Positions 38,781-50,167 of a stretch of 64,000 nt of DNA are shown in pieces. The DNA is taken from the NCBI GenBank assembly GCA_051294375.1, contig CM119268.1, positions 13,713,037 through 13,777,036 on the forward strand, given 5' to 3'. The position numbers and the translations under genes were made by a program. The first letter of the stretch is position 1. Every line of letters begins with the position of its first letter. This stretch comes from Paraspadella gotoi. Its lineage: Eukaryota; Animalia; Chaetognatha. The notes under the pieces were generated by a model. The model worked only from the letters and a program-made list of their open reading frames with translations. It was not told the origin of the DNA and ran no database searches.

Positions 38781-41700
38781 ATCTTCATTTTCCCCTTTCT
38801 TACTTCTTTGGTTTTTCTCTTTTCAAATTTCCTCTCCGCCAGATGGCCAGACCGTGTTGGAGATGTCTCGCGTCAAACAAAAGACTCTCGTCGAGGACTC
38901 CAACAACGATTCACCTAACTGCGCAAGAGCTCGACTCGTCATCCCAGAGTTCCATCCGTCACTCCCCAAAGTTCCTCCATTCACTCCCAGAGCTCGGCGT
39001 CCCCGGCGTCTTACGTCCACGCCGTCGTCAAGTCGCCAAACTTTGGCCACAAGAGACTGACAGAGAGAGAATTGCGAAATCGGTCAGAAAGATTTCAGTC
39101 TCAATCCTACCTCAGTCATTTTCAACAGGCTTCGAATTGTTTTGTCCCTTTCATTTTGATATTTATTGTTTCGGCTTAAAACGCTTTTAACGTCTTGTAC
39201 ATTATAGATTAACATTAAGTTCGTCATTTGAAAAGTATTTATTTGTCACATTATTATAAAAACAAATTTTCGGATTAAGAGTTTTGATTGGCAAACTGGA
39301 CAGATAAAAGAATAAAAATATAATAGTGTTATTTTAGATGCAATTGTTTTAACAATGGTTGCACATTTTGTTTTCTAGTATTATAAGAAAAATTAAAAAT
39401 ACATTCTAAATATTAAAATATGAAAATTTTAACAATGTCAATAGCTTTTTTATTAGTTTATATAATAGACGTTTAATACAAGAAAATCTTTTTTCGCCAA
39501 TTTTATAGCGACGAATTTGGGGACAAAGTGTTAAATGCAAGTATTTTATAGAATTATACTTATATATACTATACTATATCATATAACTTATAGGGTCATA
39601 ATAATCATCGATATGCAGAAAATCAGTTTAAGATCAATCTTATATCCGTTTGCCAAATGGCAAGAACGCAATAAATTTTATTTTCATTTTTTTAGTATGA
39701 AGCGCGCATGATTTCACTTTTGTTATTTTTTATTAGTCCCGACAATATCGACGACCTCTAAGGTAGAATGAAACAAAAAATATCAACCATGAGCAACAAA
39801 AAGTCAACGTTAAATTTTTGACTTTTTATATAAGTAATATGTACACTTTACGTATAAATTCCCCACCCTCCCTAATAGTACGTTAATTAACTTTAAGTAA
39901 TGACGGACGTTTTGTAGTTTTTTCGTAAAGAAGTTTTTTTTTTGTAACAGAAATACTTTCAAAAACAAATACAAATTAATACTTGAAGAAAAAAACACAC
40001 GTCTTTAAAAAAATCTTCGTAGCAAAAGGATGAGAAGATTCTCAGAATATAAATTCATCTTTTGCCAAATGTACGTAAAATTCCGATTTTTGGTGCCCAG
40101 AATATCTGAAAAAGCAGAAGATAGAATATAGATTTGCAGTAAGCCTCATAACTGCAAACAGGTGAACTTCTCAAATGGTTGTATCTCGATTGGTAGTAAG
40201 AAGAGATTCCAAGGATAATCCCAGAATTCGACAGTTCCAAGTGATCGTTAAGGGAAAATTAGTTTTCCCTGTCTGAAATCCGCTTCTTTCGCCAAGAGAG
40301 CCGTGACTCAAGGTTTTTTTTTGTTTAATAGAGCGGAGAGAAACGTACTATCAAATATAATGTATAACGATTGAATATTTTTCCTGCACAAGGAATCATT
40401 AGTGTAAATTAGGTTCAAACACTGCAGATAATTAATGGTAATGGAACATTAATGAAAACTAACTAAAATCCATGAAGGTAATAAAATTATGTTAAAAAAT
40501 ATTAAAAAGAAAATTCAGTGATTCTGTGATGATTTTTTCACGACGTTTTACGGTCTCACCGTGATCGAAAAACGACGACAAGTTGATGAATATGCATACA
40601 ACTTCATCATTCACAACGTGTTATCTTGCTTTAAAATTGTCAATTGAAATTTAGTAAAACGTTAACCCTGATTTTTGATATTAAGGCGAAGTACGTTAGA
40701 ACGGCAGTCTTCCGAATCGTATATCGCGAGAGATAAATCTGAAGGAATAGCCAAAACAACATGCCAACAAATGACGGGCGTCCTTTATGTTTGGCCTCTG
40801 TGAGAAGGTTGAGGAGAACAGGGGGGTGAACAGGGGGGCGGGCAAAAAGAGCTTATAGGTTAATGGTTCCTTTGTGGTAATTAGAAGGGGGGGGGAGAAG
40901 GTAAATCAAAGTGGAGGACCATGTAACACTTGAGAGAATTGAAAGAGAAAATAGAGAAAGATTAAAGACTTCGGTCGTTCGTCGTTCTCGTCGTCGTCGT
41001 CGTTCCCGTAAATTTCTCAATATTTAACAGTGACTCATGTGAGCGACGGACTTCTCGGTGCCCTTTCTATTCACTGAACTCGTTAGGTCGGTCAAATTTC
41101 GTTTCCCCAGGCTATTTGGCGCCGTCGCCGTGCACCCCGTTCGGTGCTTTTGGTGCGCGATGGGGAAAGAGTTCGGTTTTTGACTATATTTTCCTCTTGT
41201 TGTTAGTTGGAATTACGTGGCGTCGAAATAGATTCTGTTTCTCAGCAGAATAACTCACATTTTTAGTTAATAATTGAATTTAGGGTGTTAAACTTAATAG
41301 CGGTTGCTTAAGAGTTTAAGTAACTGAAGTTTCGCAGAATGGCAGTAAATGTCTAATAAATGACGAATAAGATGGTGAATAAATAAATAAAATAAAATAA
41401 ATTAATATTAATTATTATTATAAGATAATAAATAAAATACGAAATCAATGTTCGTATTTAATAATTGGTGTAGAGAATCTCTGGATTACATAAAAAACTA
41501 ACGGTTTCCATACGGCAGCGTTTTTTTCCAGTAAAACGATTATGATCGATAATAAGTGACGAGGTGTTTCGGCTAAAGAAAGCGACTAGAACGGTGAACG
41601 GAACTAAACGTAAGTGAACTAACCAGGGAAAAAAAAATGACCGGAACGCGAGATCACAAAATCTTCTGATAAAACATGTCTTGGCAGGAATCATACGTTT

Positions 41701-42254
41701 TTAAGAATGATCAAATTAAGAGTTCACAATAATGAGAATTCCATTTAAAAAAAGAAGAGAAAAAAATTGACGACGAGGCGCCATAAAATCAGAATTCTTT
41801 ACAAAGAATGATAAAGGTAAGGGTTTATAATGCAAAAAAAAAATGATTAGACGGTATGCTCACGATAAATCCGATCGTCTAAAGCGTAAGGTTTCAAACG
41901 AAAGTCTTCGAAGGACGAATTAAGGCAAAGGTTATAACGACAAGTATATACAAGTATAATGTTTAACGTACAAAAGTCTGAAACCGAATGTTAAAGGTAA
42001 ACGTTTATAAAAAGGGAAAGTCTTGACATGCGGACCCTCGACGAAAAGAGAGTGTGATGAAAGTTAAGTGTGAAAACAAGTGTTAATTGCGTCTCCCTTC
42101 GGTCGATTCCCCGCCAATTACCCTCCTTAACTCACCTCTCGGTCCCTGGTCCTACCTTGCATCAACCGACTTACCCCGCTTTCCTCTCTATCTTTCAGAG
42201 CACCCGTCCCTCCTCCCATAGCGGAGGAGGGGAGAGGAGAGAGAGGAGGAGAGA

Positions 42255-42314
<60 letters not shown>

Positions 42315-42367
42315 AAATTTCACTAATTCGACAGTTTTGATGATTGTTGTCTCTCGTCTTCGTTCTT

Positions 42368-42417
<50 letters not shown>

Positions 42418-44667
42418 CTCTCTCGTCCTCTCTCTCTCTCTCTCTCGCTCTCTCATCTCTCTCTCTCTCGATCTCTCTCTCTCTCTCTCGTCTCTCCTCT
42501 CTCAGACTTCGCACTCTCGAAGCCGAGCCGAGACGAAAGAACCGAACGACCTCCGATTCACGTAAAGATGGGCGCTACGATCGTTATGCAGATTCATTAT
42601 TTATCTGTTTACATTATTTTACAGTGGGAACAGCGTGTTTACTTCTCGTTTACACGGGACAAGTCTCTTCGCGATTTCTGGCTGAAGAGGGAATTCGGCC
42701 ATAAGCTCCGAATATTTGCAATTTGGGTTTAAAAATAAAATTTTCCTTAGTCCTTTACTACATTTATTATAAAGAAAATTAATAATAAAACAATCATATT
42801 CAAAGTTAGTACAATCAAGAAAAGGCTCAACTTCTTTTTTTTTCGTGCTCCCCTCCCTTAGCTGAAATCGTTGAAAAAAGCTAGAAGTACTTCAAGGCCA
42901 CACTTCGCTTTCAGTTGTAGGGTTGAACAGACGTTTTTCTCCGTTTTAACTATGGTTTCCCTGCTACCTTCATCACTATCTCTCCTCTCTCATACTCTCG
43001 TCTCTCTTCTCTCTATCTCTCTCCTCTCTCGTCTCTCTCATTCTGCTTCTCTCTGGCGTTTCCCCTCCTCCCGATTCTCAGAGTTCCGTCCGCGCTCCTT
43101 AAATTCCAAGGCCACGAGGACATTAAGTGGAAAGCCCAATGACTTGCAGTCTTGTTCCCCGCGCTTCGCTTTCGCTTCCGCTTTCCCTGTGCTTCGGCTC
43201 TGGGATTCCGTTCTGCGCTTTCTCCGGCTTCTGCTGTCCACTTCCGGGTCCGCTTCGCTGTCTGAGGTTCTCCCGTTTTCTGGCCTTTAACTTCCGGGCA
43301 GAGAGAGAAGTTCGAAAAACGAGTCTCCCATTTTTCTTACTTTCTCTTCTTTCACCTTTTAAGGTTTTTTTTTTCTTTTAATATGCGCCATATTTTTTTT
43401 CTCTTTCAATTTCTAATACGCTTTTAATTTTCACGACCGCTGAAGTGAAAATGGACTTTTTTCTTTTTCGTTTAATTACCCGGCGCATACATTAAATTTC
43501 TAAGTAGATCCATCAGTAATGCGAATTGTATTCATCTTATCTAGAATAAAAGGTAAATTCTCTATCTCACTTTGTTGTTTCATAATGTTTACCATTTCAG
43601 TTGTATGACGTCTATTCTTTTAAAAGTACATAATTTTGAAACTGAGAAACTCATACGATGACTTCAACGTTTGCGCACCAGTTAATTTCCCTTTTCGAAC
43701 ATTTAAGAAATATTTTCTATAATACTAGGTTTTAAAAAAATAGTACGCCGGGCAGTTAATTCTGTAAATTGCATTAGAAAGTTTAACGATTCAGAATCTC
43801 ATAAAATTATCTTTAAACGCAGCGCCATTGGAGATTTGTGCTTCCATCTTCTTCATTGAAGACAAACATGTTAGCCGACGGGCGGAGTTGCTCCTTGGAA
43901 TAAACGGAACGACCCTTTGTAATCAACAGCAAGAACAGACAACAACAAGCACTACAACAGTATCTGTTTGTTCAACCGTTCTCTCTCTACGAGTATAGTC
44001 TTGTGATAAGATGAATCTCATTTCATGTCTTTAAAAGATGAATCCTTTCGGAACGATCAGTAGTCGAATCTATAGTCACTATTAAATATTAAATTAATTT
44101 AAAAATATACAAAAATAAAAAAATAAAAAAACAAGAGAATATAAATATATTACCTTATCCAACCTGCAATCTCGATCCTAATTATTACTACATACAAGAA
44201 GTGCTCGTAAAACCACAGAATCGTTATTACCCTCGTCGTTATTTAGTATAAATATTATCTTGTATTTATATAATTTCCTCAAAGACGTTTCGTACGCTTC
44301 CCAACGGAAGTGAGAATGGCGGTCGACGCGGAAGACGAAAAACGCGATATCAAATTCGACATCGCGACTCAAAGGATGAAAAGTTGACAGTCGAACACGA
44401 AGAGCTGGGGAGATTGCTGATATGAAAGATTCTGCTCTCTCCTCCTCTCTCTCTCCTCTCCTCTCTCTCTCTCTCTCCTCTCCTCGGCCTAGGCCGCGCG
44501 CCATCGCAATGAAGGAGTCGCGCGAGCCGCCAGGCGTCTGCCGCTCGGTGGCCGTCGGGTACCGCCCCTCCCCGCCCTTGCTCAGTCTCCCTCCTCCCTC
44601 TCCTGCTCCTCCTCGATCCCCTCCTCTCGCCTCCGATCGCACGAGGGTCAAATTCGTGGAGCGTGCG

Positions 44668-44746
44668 TGATGGCGTGATTCAAAACGTCCAGAGTGTCAC
44701 AGGTGAATTCGATCACGATGTGAGTCCTGTCGAGCGGATCCCATTT
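44668..44746 (-). CDS. GPCR exon 6, 5' part (start of TM7), cut at an assembly junction
   Basis: gacag|KWDPLDRTHIVIEFTCDTLDVLNHAI plus one base (a), then an abrupt switch into noisy inverted sequence. Confidence 0.85.
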
Positions 44747-44912
44747 CTGTCAAGACGAAAATGAAATCAGAGTTTGGCCCCTAAGTTTAAAGTACATCAT
44801 GTATGTATATTGTGAATACTAAGCTGATAAATTTATAGGATAGATTTTATAGGATAGATATAGGATATTAGTAAAATTTGACCCAATGATTCAATGAGTC
44901 AATCGATCCAAC

Positions 44913-45085
44913 CTTGACTAAATTGAGAATGTTCTTCACGGCGACTGGAAGGGAGAGAACAGAAAAGGTGACGCAGGTCGTCAACAACATGTACGTCATC
45001 TTCGTCGAAGCCGACGCCTCCTTTGCACCGACGGCCGCCGTGTGCCGACGAATGCGCGTCGGCAGCGCCGATCCGAAGGTGTAGC
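44913..45085 (-). CDS. GPCR exon 5 (ICL3, TM6)
   Basis: (G)YTFGSALPTRIRRHTAAVGAKEASASTKMTYMLLTTCVTFSVLSLPVAVKNILNLVK. Phases 1/0 fit both neighbours. Confidence 0.85.
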
Positions 45086-46261
45086 CTTAGTGGAGGAGAA
45101 AAATACTGTCATATTCATAGTCTGTTTGTATTTCGTTCTGTTTCTTTTGATATTTTCATTTACGTATTTCCTTCTATTTTTTCTTTCTTCCTTTTTTTTT
45201 TTTGGTTATCTCTTTATACGCATTTCTTTCTTATGTGATTGCTTCTTTTTTTATTTTTTTTCTTTCTTTTTTTCTTTCTTTTTTTCTTTCTATATTTGTT
45301 TCAATTTATTTTCTTTGTCTTTCGTAAATGTAGAATAAAAGACCTATAAATTTAAAATTTTAAAATTGAGATAAAAAATTCAAAAAAAAAAAAAAAAACA
45401 ATCTACAGTAAATATCACAAAAAAAATTATTTGTAAATTTTAAATAGATTCAAATGAGGTAAAGTTATCAAACTGTTATCGGAAAACTTCAGAGAGAGAC
45501 TTAAAAGCCAGATTATTTTAAAAGCAAAGAACTCGCTCCAACGTCGGGGGAAAAAATAATTCGAAAATAAGCATTTGTAGGAAACCCCGTGACAAAAGAA
45601 CGACCCCGTGATATTTTTAACTACATCGTGCATTAAACATTTTACTTTAGATCGTAAGAGGACTTCAAAATGCGATAGATAAATATTTTTTTCCTGAGGT
45701 TTTTCAGACGTTGTTCCCATTTTATATTCTCTTTTGTTATCTTTTAGACGACGTCAAACGAGTGAATTCGAAAAAAAAAAAACGCTAATTGTTTAGGCAG
45801 ACGTTGTTTTGTTTGTCAGCACAGATTAAATTGATTTTATCTTTAAAAAAAAAATCCTTTTCTTTGCGTTGTCTGAGACCGAGAAAAATATTGAAAAAAA
45901 AAATACACAAAAAAGGGGATTTTAAATCTTCAGTTAAAATGCAAATATTATTCTCTCACCCAAAACGGTAAAGATCACCTTAAATTTTTTTTTTTTAAAT
46001 CGGTTTCCTTTCCTCATTTACATATTTTCCTCAAAATGTTTTCTTTTCGCCTTCAAAAAGACAATGAACATAAAGAATCACTCAAAATTCTTTGACAAAA
46101 GCGTTTTTTTCACTTTCTGATGATTGATAATGATTTACAATAATTCATCAGTTCCTTCTTCCACCACTTGTCACCACATTTTTTTTTAATCTCGAATTCT
46201 TCACTTTGAGTTGATACTAAATGTCTGAAATAAATGTCTTAGAATACATTCGTCATCCCTT

Positions 46262-47845
46262 ATCTCTCAACTCCTCCGTTCAACTCCCTCCGTCTCACTC
46301 CTCATCTTTCAACTCTCCCGTCTCACCCTCATCTCTTAACTCCTCCGTCTCAACCCCTCATCTCCTCACTCCTCCGTCTCAACCCATCCTCTTAACTCCT
46401 CCGTCTCAACCCCTCATCGTCCTCAACTCCTCCGTCTCAACCCTCATCTCTCAACCTTCCGTCTCAACCCCTCATCTTTCAAACTCCTCCGTCTCATCCC
46501 TCATCTCCTCAACTCCTTCGTCTCAACCCCTCATCTTTAAACTCCTCCGTCTCAACCCCTCATCCTCAACTCTTCCGGATTCAACCACTCATCTTTCTGA
46601 ACTCCTCCGTCTCACCCCTCATCCTCTCAACTCCTCCGTCTCAACCCTCATCTCCACCCCCCCCCCCCCCCCCTCACTCTCCGTCTCAACCCTCATTCTT
46701 TTCAACTCCTCCGTCTCAACCCCTCATCCCTCAACTCTTCCGTCTCAAGCCCCTCTTCTGAACTCACTCCGTCTCACTCTCATCCTCCTCAACTCCTGTC
46801 TCAACCCTCATCTCCTCAAACTCCTCCGTCTCAACCCTCATCTTCTCAACTCCTCGTCTCAACCCCTCATCTCTTAACTCTTCCGTCTCAACCCCTCATC
46901 GCTCTCAACTCCTCCGTTCTCAACCCCTCATCTCCTCAACTCCTCCGTCTCAACCCCTCATCCTTCTAACTCCTCCGTCTCAACCCCTCATACTCCTCAA
47001 CTTCCGTCTCAACCCTCATTCTGACTCCTCCGTCTCAACCCTCATCTCCTCAACTCGCCGTCTCAACCCTTCATCCTCTCAACTCCTCCGTCTCAACCTC
47101 CTCAACCTCTCAACTCCTCCGTCTCACACCCCTCATCTTCAACCTCCGTCTCAACCCCATCCATCTCCACTCCTCCGTGAACCACCGTCATCTTCCTCAA
47201 CTCTCCCTGCTCAACCCCCTCATCTCCTCAAACTCTCCGTCTCAACCCCTCATCTTCTCAACTCTCTCCGTCTCAACCCTCATCTTCTCAACTCCTCAGT
47301 CTCAAACCCTTCCCTCAAACTCCTCCGTCTCAACCCTCATCCCTCAACTCCTCCTCTCACCCTCTCTCGTCTCAACTCTCCGTCTACCCATCATCCTCTT
47401 CACTCTCCTCTCAACCCCTCAATCGTCTCAACTCCTCGTCTCAACCCCTCATTTTCTCAACTCCTCCGTCTCAACCCCTCATCTTCCTCAACTCTCTCCG
47501 TCTCAACCCCTCTTTCTCTCAACTCCTCCGTCTCAACCCCTCATCTTCTCAACTCCTCCTCTCAACCCTCATCTCCTCAGTCTCAACCCCCATCTCACTC
47601 CTCCGCTCTCAACCCTCATCTCCTCAACTCCGTCTAACCCCTCATCTCAAACTCTCCTCTCAACCCTCTCTCCTCCACTCTCCGTCTCAACCCTCTCTTT
47701 CACTCCTCCGTCTCAACCCTCATTCCTCTCCGTCTCAACCCTCATTCCTCTACAACTCCTCCGTCTCAACCCGCTCATCTTCTCCAACTCCTTCCGTCTC
47801 AACCCCTCATCCTCTAAACTGCCTCCGTGCTCAACCCCTCATTCT
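46262..47845. repeat. About 31-bp minisatellite array (about 1.6 kb) in GPCR intron 4
   Basis: The unit approximates aactcctccgtctcaacccctcatcttctc, repeated roughly 50 times with many indels. Confidence 0.9.
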
Positions 47846-47862
47846 CCTCCAACCACTCTCAC

Positions 47863-48043
47863 CCTTGCCGACTTTGCAAAGGACGACGATCATGACGACG
47901 TTGAGGAGCGAAAGAAGGAGGACGGGGAGGATGACCGCCGGGATTGGCCGGTAGGCGTCGAACTCCTTGAGGAAGTCCGGCGTCCACGAGGGCGGGTTGT
48001 CGCGGTTGCAACCCACCGAACTCCAGCTCCAGAGAAAAAGCTC
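47863..48043 (-). CDS. GPCR exon 4 (ECL2, TM5)
   Basis: caacag|ELFLWSWSSVGC...PAVILPVLLLSLLNVVMIVVLCKVGK g|gtgaga. Confidence 0.85.
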
Positions 48044-48413
48044 CTGTTGNNNNNNNNNNNNNNNNNNNNNNNNNNNNNNNNNNNNNNNNNNNNNNNNNNN
48101 NNNNNNNNNNNNNNNNNNNNNNNNNNNNNNNNNNNNNNNNNNNNNNNNNNNNNNNNNNNNNNNNNNNNNGGGGCGGTAAGTATGGATGGGTGAGGCTTGA
48201 TGAAGTTTCAATGAGAAAATGTGAAAAAATGAGGTTCAATTCTGTCTTGTGTTACTGTGTTTGGAAATATTCTAAACTTATTTTTGAGTACGTTCAATAA
48301 TTATCATGAATAAAAGATTATATTTTTAATTCATTCTCACTTTCCTACGCAGTACGCTGCCTTCTGTTTTTCTCATTAATCTTCACTTATCAATCTTCAA
48401 TCTTTCCACTCAC

Positions 48414-48538
48414 CGGAATGTTGATGACCAAGGCGACGACCATCATGGCGGCGACGGCTGCCCTCGCCCTCCACGCCGTGCAGAGGATGCGCGCCTTGAA
48501 GGGCGTGCAGATGAGGCAGAGCCGCTCCACCGCCACCG
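48414..48538 (-). CDS. GPCR exon 3 (ERL/DRY-equivalent, ICL2, TM4)
   Basis: AVAVERLCLICTPFKARILCTAWRARAAVAAMMVVALVINIP. catacag acceptor and gtgagt donor; phase matches exon 2 across an 11.7-kb intron. Confidence 0.9.
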
Positions 48539-49603
48539 CTGTATGGGGGTGGTGGGGGGAAAGGAGATCACGATTAGACTTGAAAGGGTCAAGGGTCAAG
48601 AATGGCGTTGAGTCATTGCCGAATGTTTTTCTTTTCTTATTACTACCATCTGACTCTCTCAGGACCTCTATTTCTGATTGGCTGCTGGATCAAGTCTGTT
48701 GTCTTAAAAGCGGAAATAAAGTAAGTCAAGTGACTCCGACGTTATTAGTCATTTTAATCGGGTAGCTCAAACCGAGATTTATTTTTTTCTGCAAAAAAAT
48801 AAAGAAATTCAAAGGAAGAACAGAAAAAAAAATACAAAAAAGATTAAAGTCAAGAAAAAGATTATGAAATCCGGAAAATTCTCAATACGAAATGACAGAG
48901 AAAGGAGGACGGCGAGAGAGAGAAACGTCGATAGCGTTTCTTTGTTCCGGAATTAAGAAAGAAATTACAATATCTGACGTCGAGTTTTTCTTGACAAGAT
49001 CGAACGTTTCGGTTAAACGGTTATTAGTCGACGAATTGTTCGCTTTTGTGTTTCTGTTATATGATTAGAACTCGCTGCCCACTTTTCGTAGAACAAACGG
49101 GATAAGCAAAAGAACAATAGACTAATAAAAATACAGTCCGATTTGTATCGACGCATCAAAAAAACGGGGGGACAGTGGAAAAAAAAGACTTGTCAACGCA
49201 AAGAAAAATGGCTGGAAAAGTCCTTTTTAATTTATATCGCGTGACAGGGAATAAAGGAAACAATAAGGGGAAAGGAAGTAAAGTGGAAGGTTCATTCACC
49301 TTAAACAATAGGGAACACATCGTAGTCATCAGTAATCACAAAAAAAATATTATTTATATGTAAACATTCTGTTTTAAATAATTTTTTTAAATAAAAAAAT
49401 TGTTAAGGTTAAATCGTAAGACATTTTTTAAAGATTTGTTTTTCAATCTAATAGTTAAAAAAATCTTGGTAAGAAGTTAAAACACGGTAAAGGGAAATTT
49501 GGAAGGGGAGAGTTAAACAATTAATCACTCGGTTGGTTTTCCAATTGTGAACAAAATCTTTGGTTAAATAGATGGTAAATAAATTCTCTCTACAATGAAT
49601 TTA

Positions 49604-49874
49604 AAGAGTTGCAGGCTAAACGGCTGCAATAATATTGTTTTAAAAAAATTATTAGCAATCTCAAAAACATTTGTAAAAATGTAATAGAAAGACATTTTGA
49701 TAAACGCGTTCCAGTTAGGAAGAATTTAGGGCTAAAGTTTAAAAACGTTTTATTTTCAAATCTTGAAATTTTGAAATTTAAAAATGTCTCTCTATTAAAT
49801 TTTTCTAATTCAGTAATAAAAAATCAATAAAAAATATCAGATGAATTGGCTTTTTCGTTTGACCTGCAACTCTT
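49604..49874. mobile_element. MITE-like element with about 19-bp terminal inverted repeats
   Basis: aagagttgcaggctaaacg versus cgtttgacctgcaactctt. Confidence 0.45.
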
Positions 49875-50167
49875 CAGATAGTTTACTTTTATTTTATATT
49901 ATAATTAAAACCGATATAAAATGGCGTAGAATGCATCAAATGTTTAAAGTGAATACATTTTCGGAATCGACAGGAGCTCAGCTTTTTGAATCTTTCAAGT
50001 TGATTTGAAAGTCTATTTTTCTAAAAGAAAGTTGTATAATAATGCAAGACTGGGCCTTCAGAAAAATGTTAGATTTTAATTCCGAAAAATCCATTAAAAA
50101 GCAAAATAGTACACTATGTTTTTTAAAAATACGGAGCATCTACAAAAACAAATGTTTGTTTTTCAAT

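Larger units (their letters stand above)
31062..44667. repeat. About 6.8-kb inverted duplication (31062-37869 vs 37895-44667) around a 25-N gap; probable assembly artefact
   Basis: The arms are reverse complements throughout (e.g. 36653-36870 vs about 38843-39060). The right arm is indel-rich and worsens toward 44667. Confidence 0.9.

Noticed and set aside
31062-44667. Foldback or giant-TIR transposon, or a real palindromic amplicon
   Set aside because: There is no spacer, transposase or TSD. The breakpoints reconstruct one GPCR codon exactly and the one-sided error gradient fits an assembly artefact.
46221-48193. 218-aa and 338-aa Ser/Pro/Leu-rich ORFs
   Set aside because: Translations of the stop-poor minisatellite strand.
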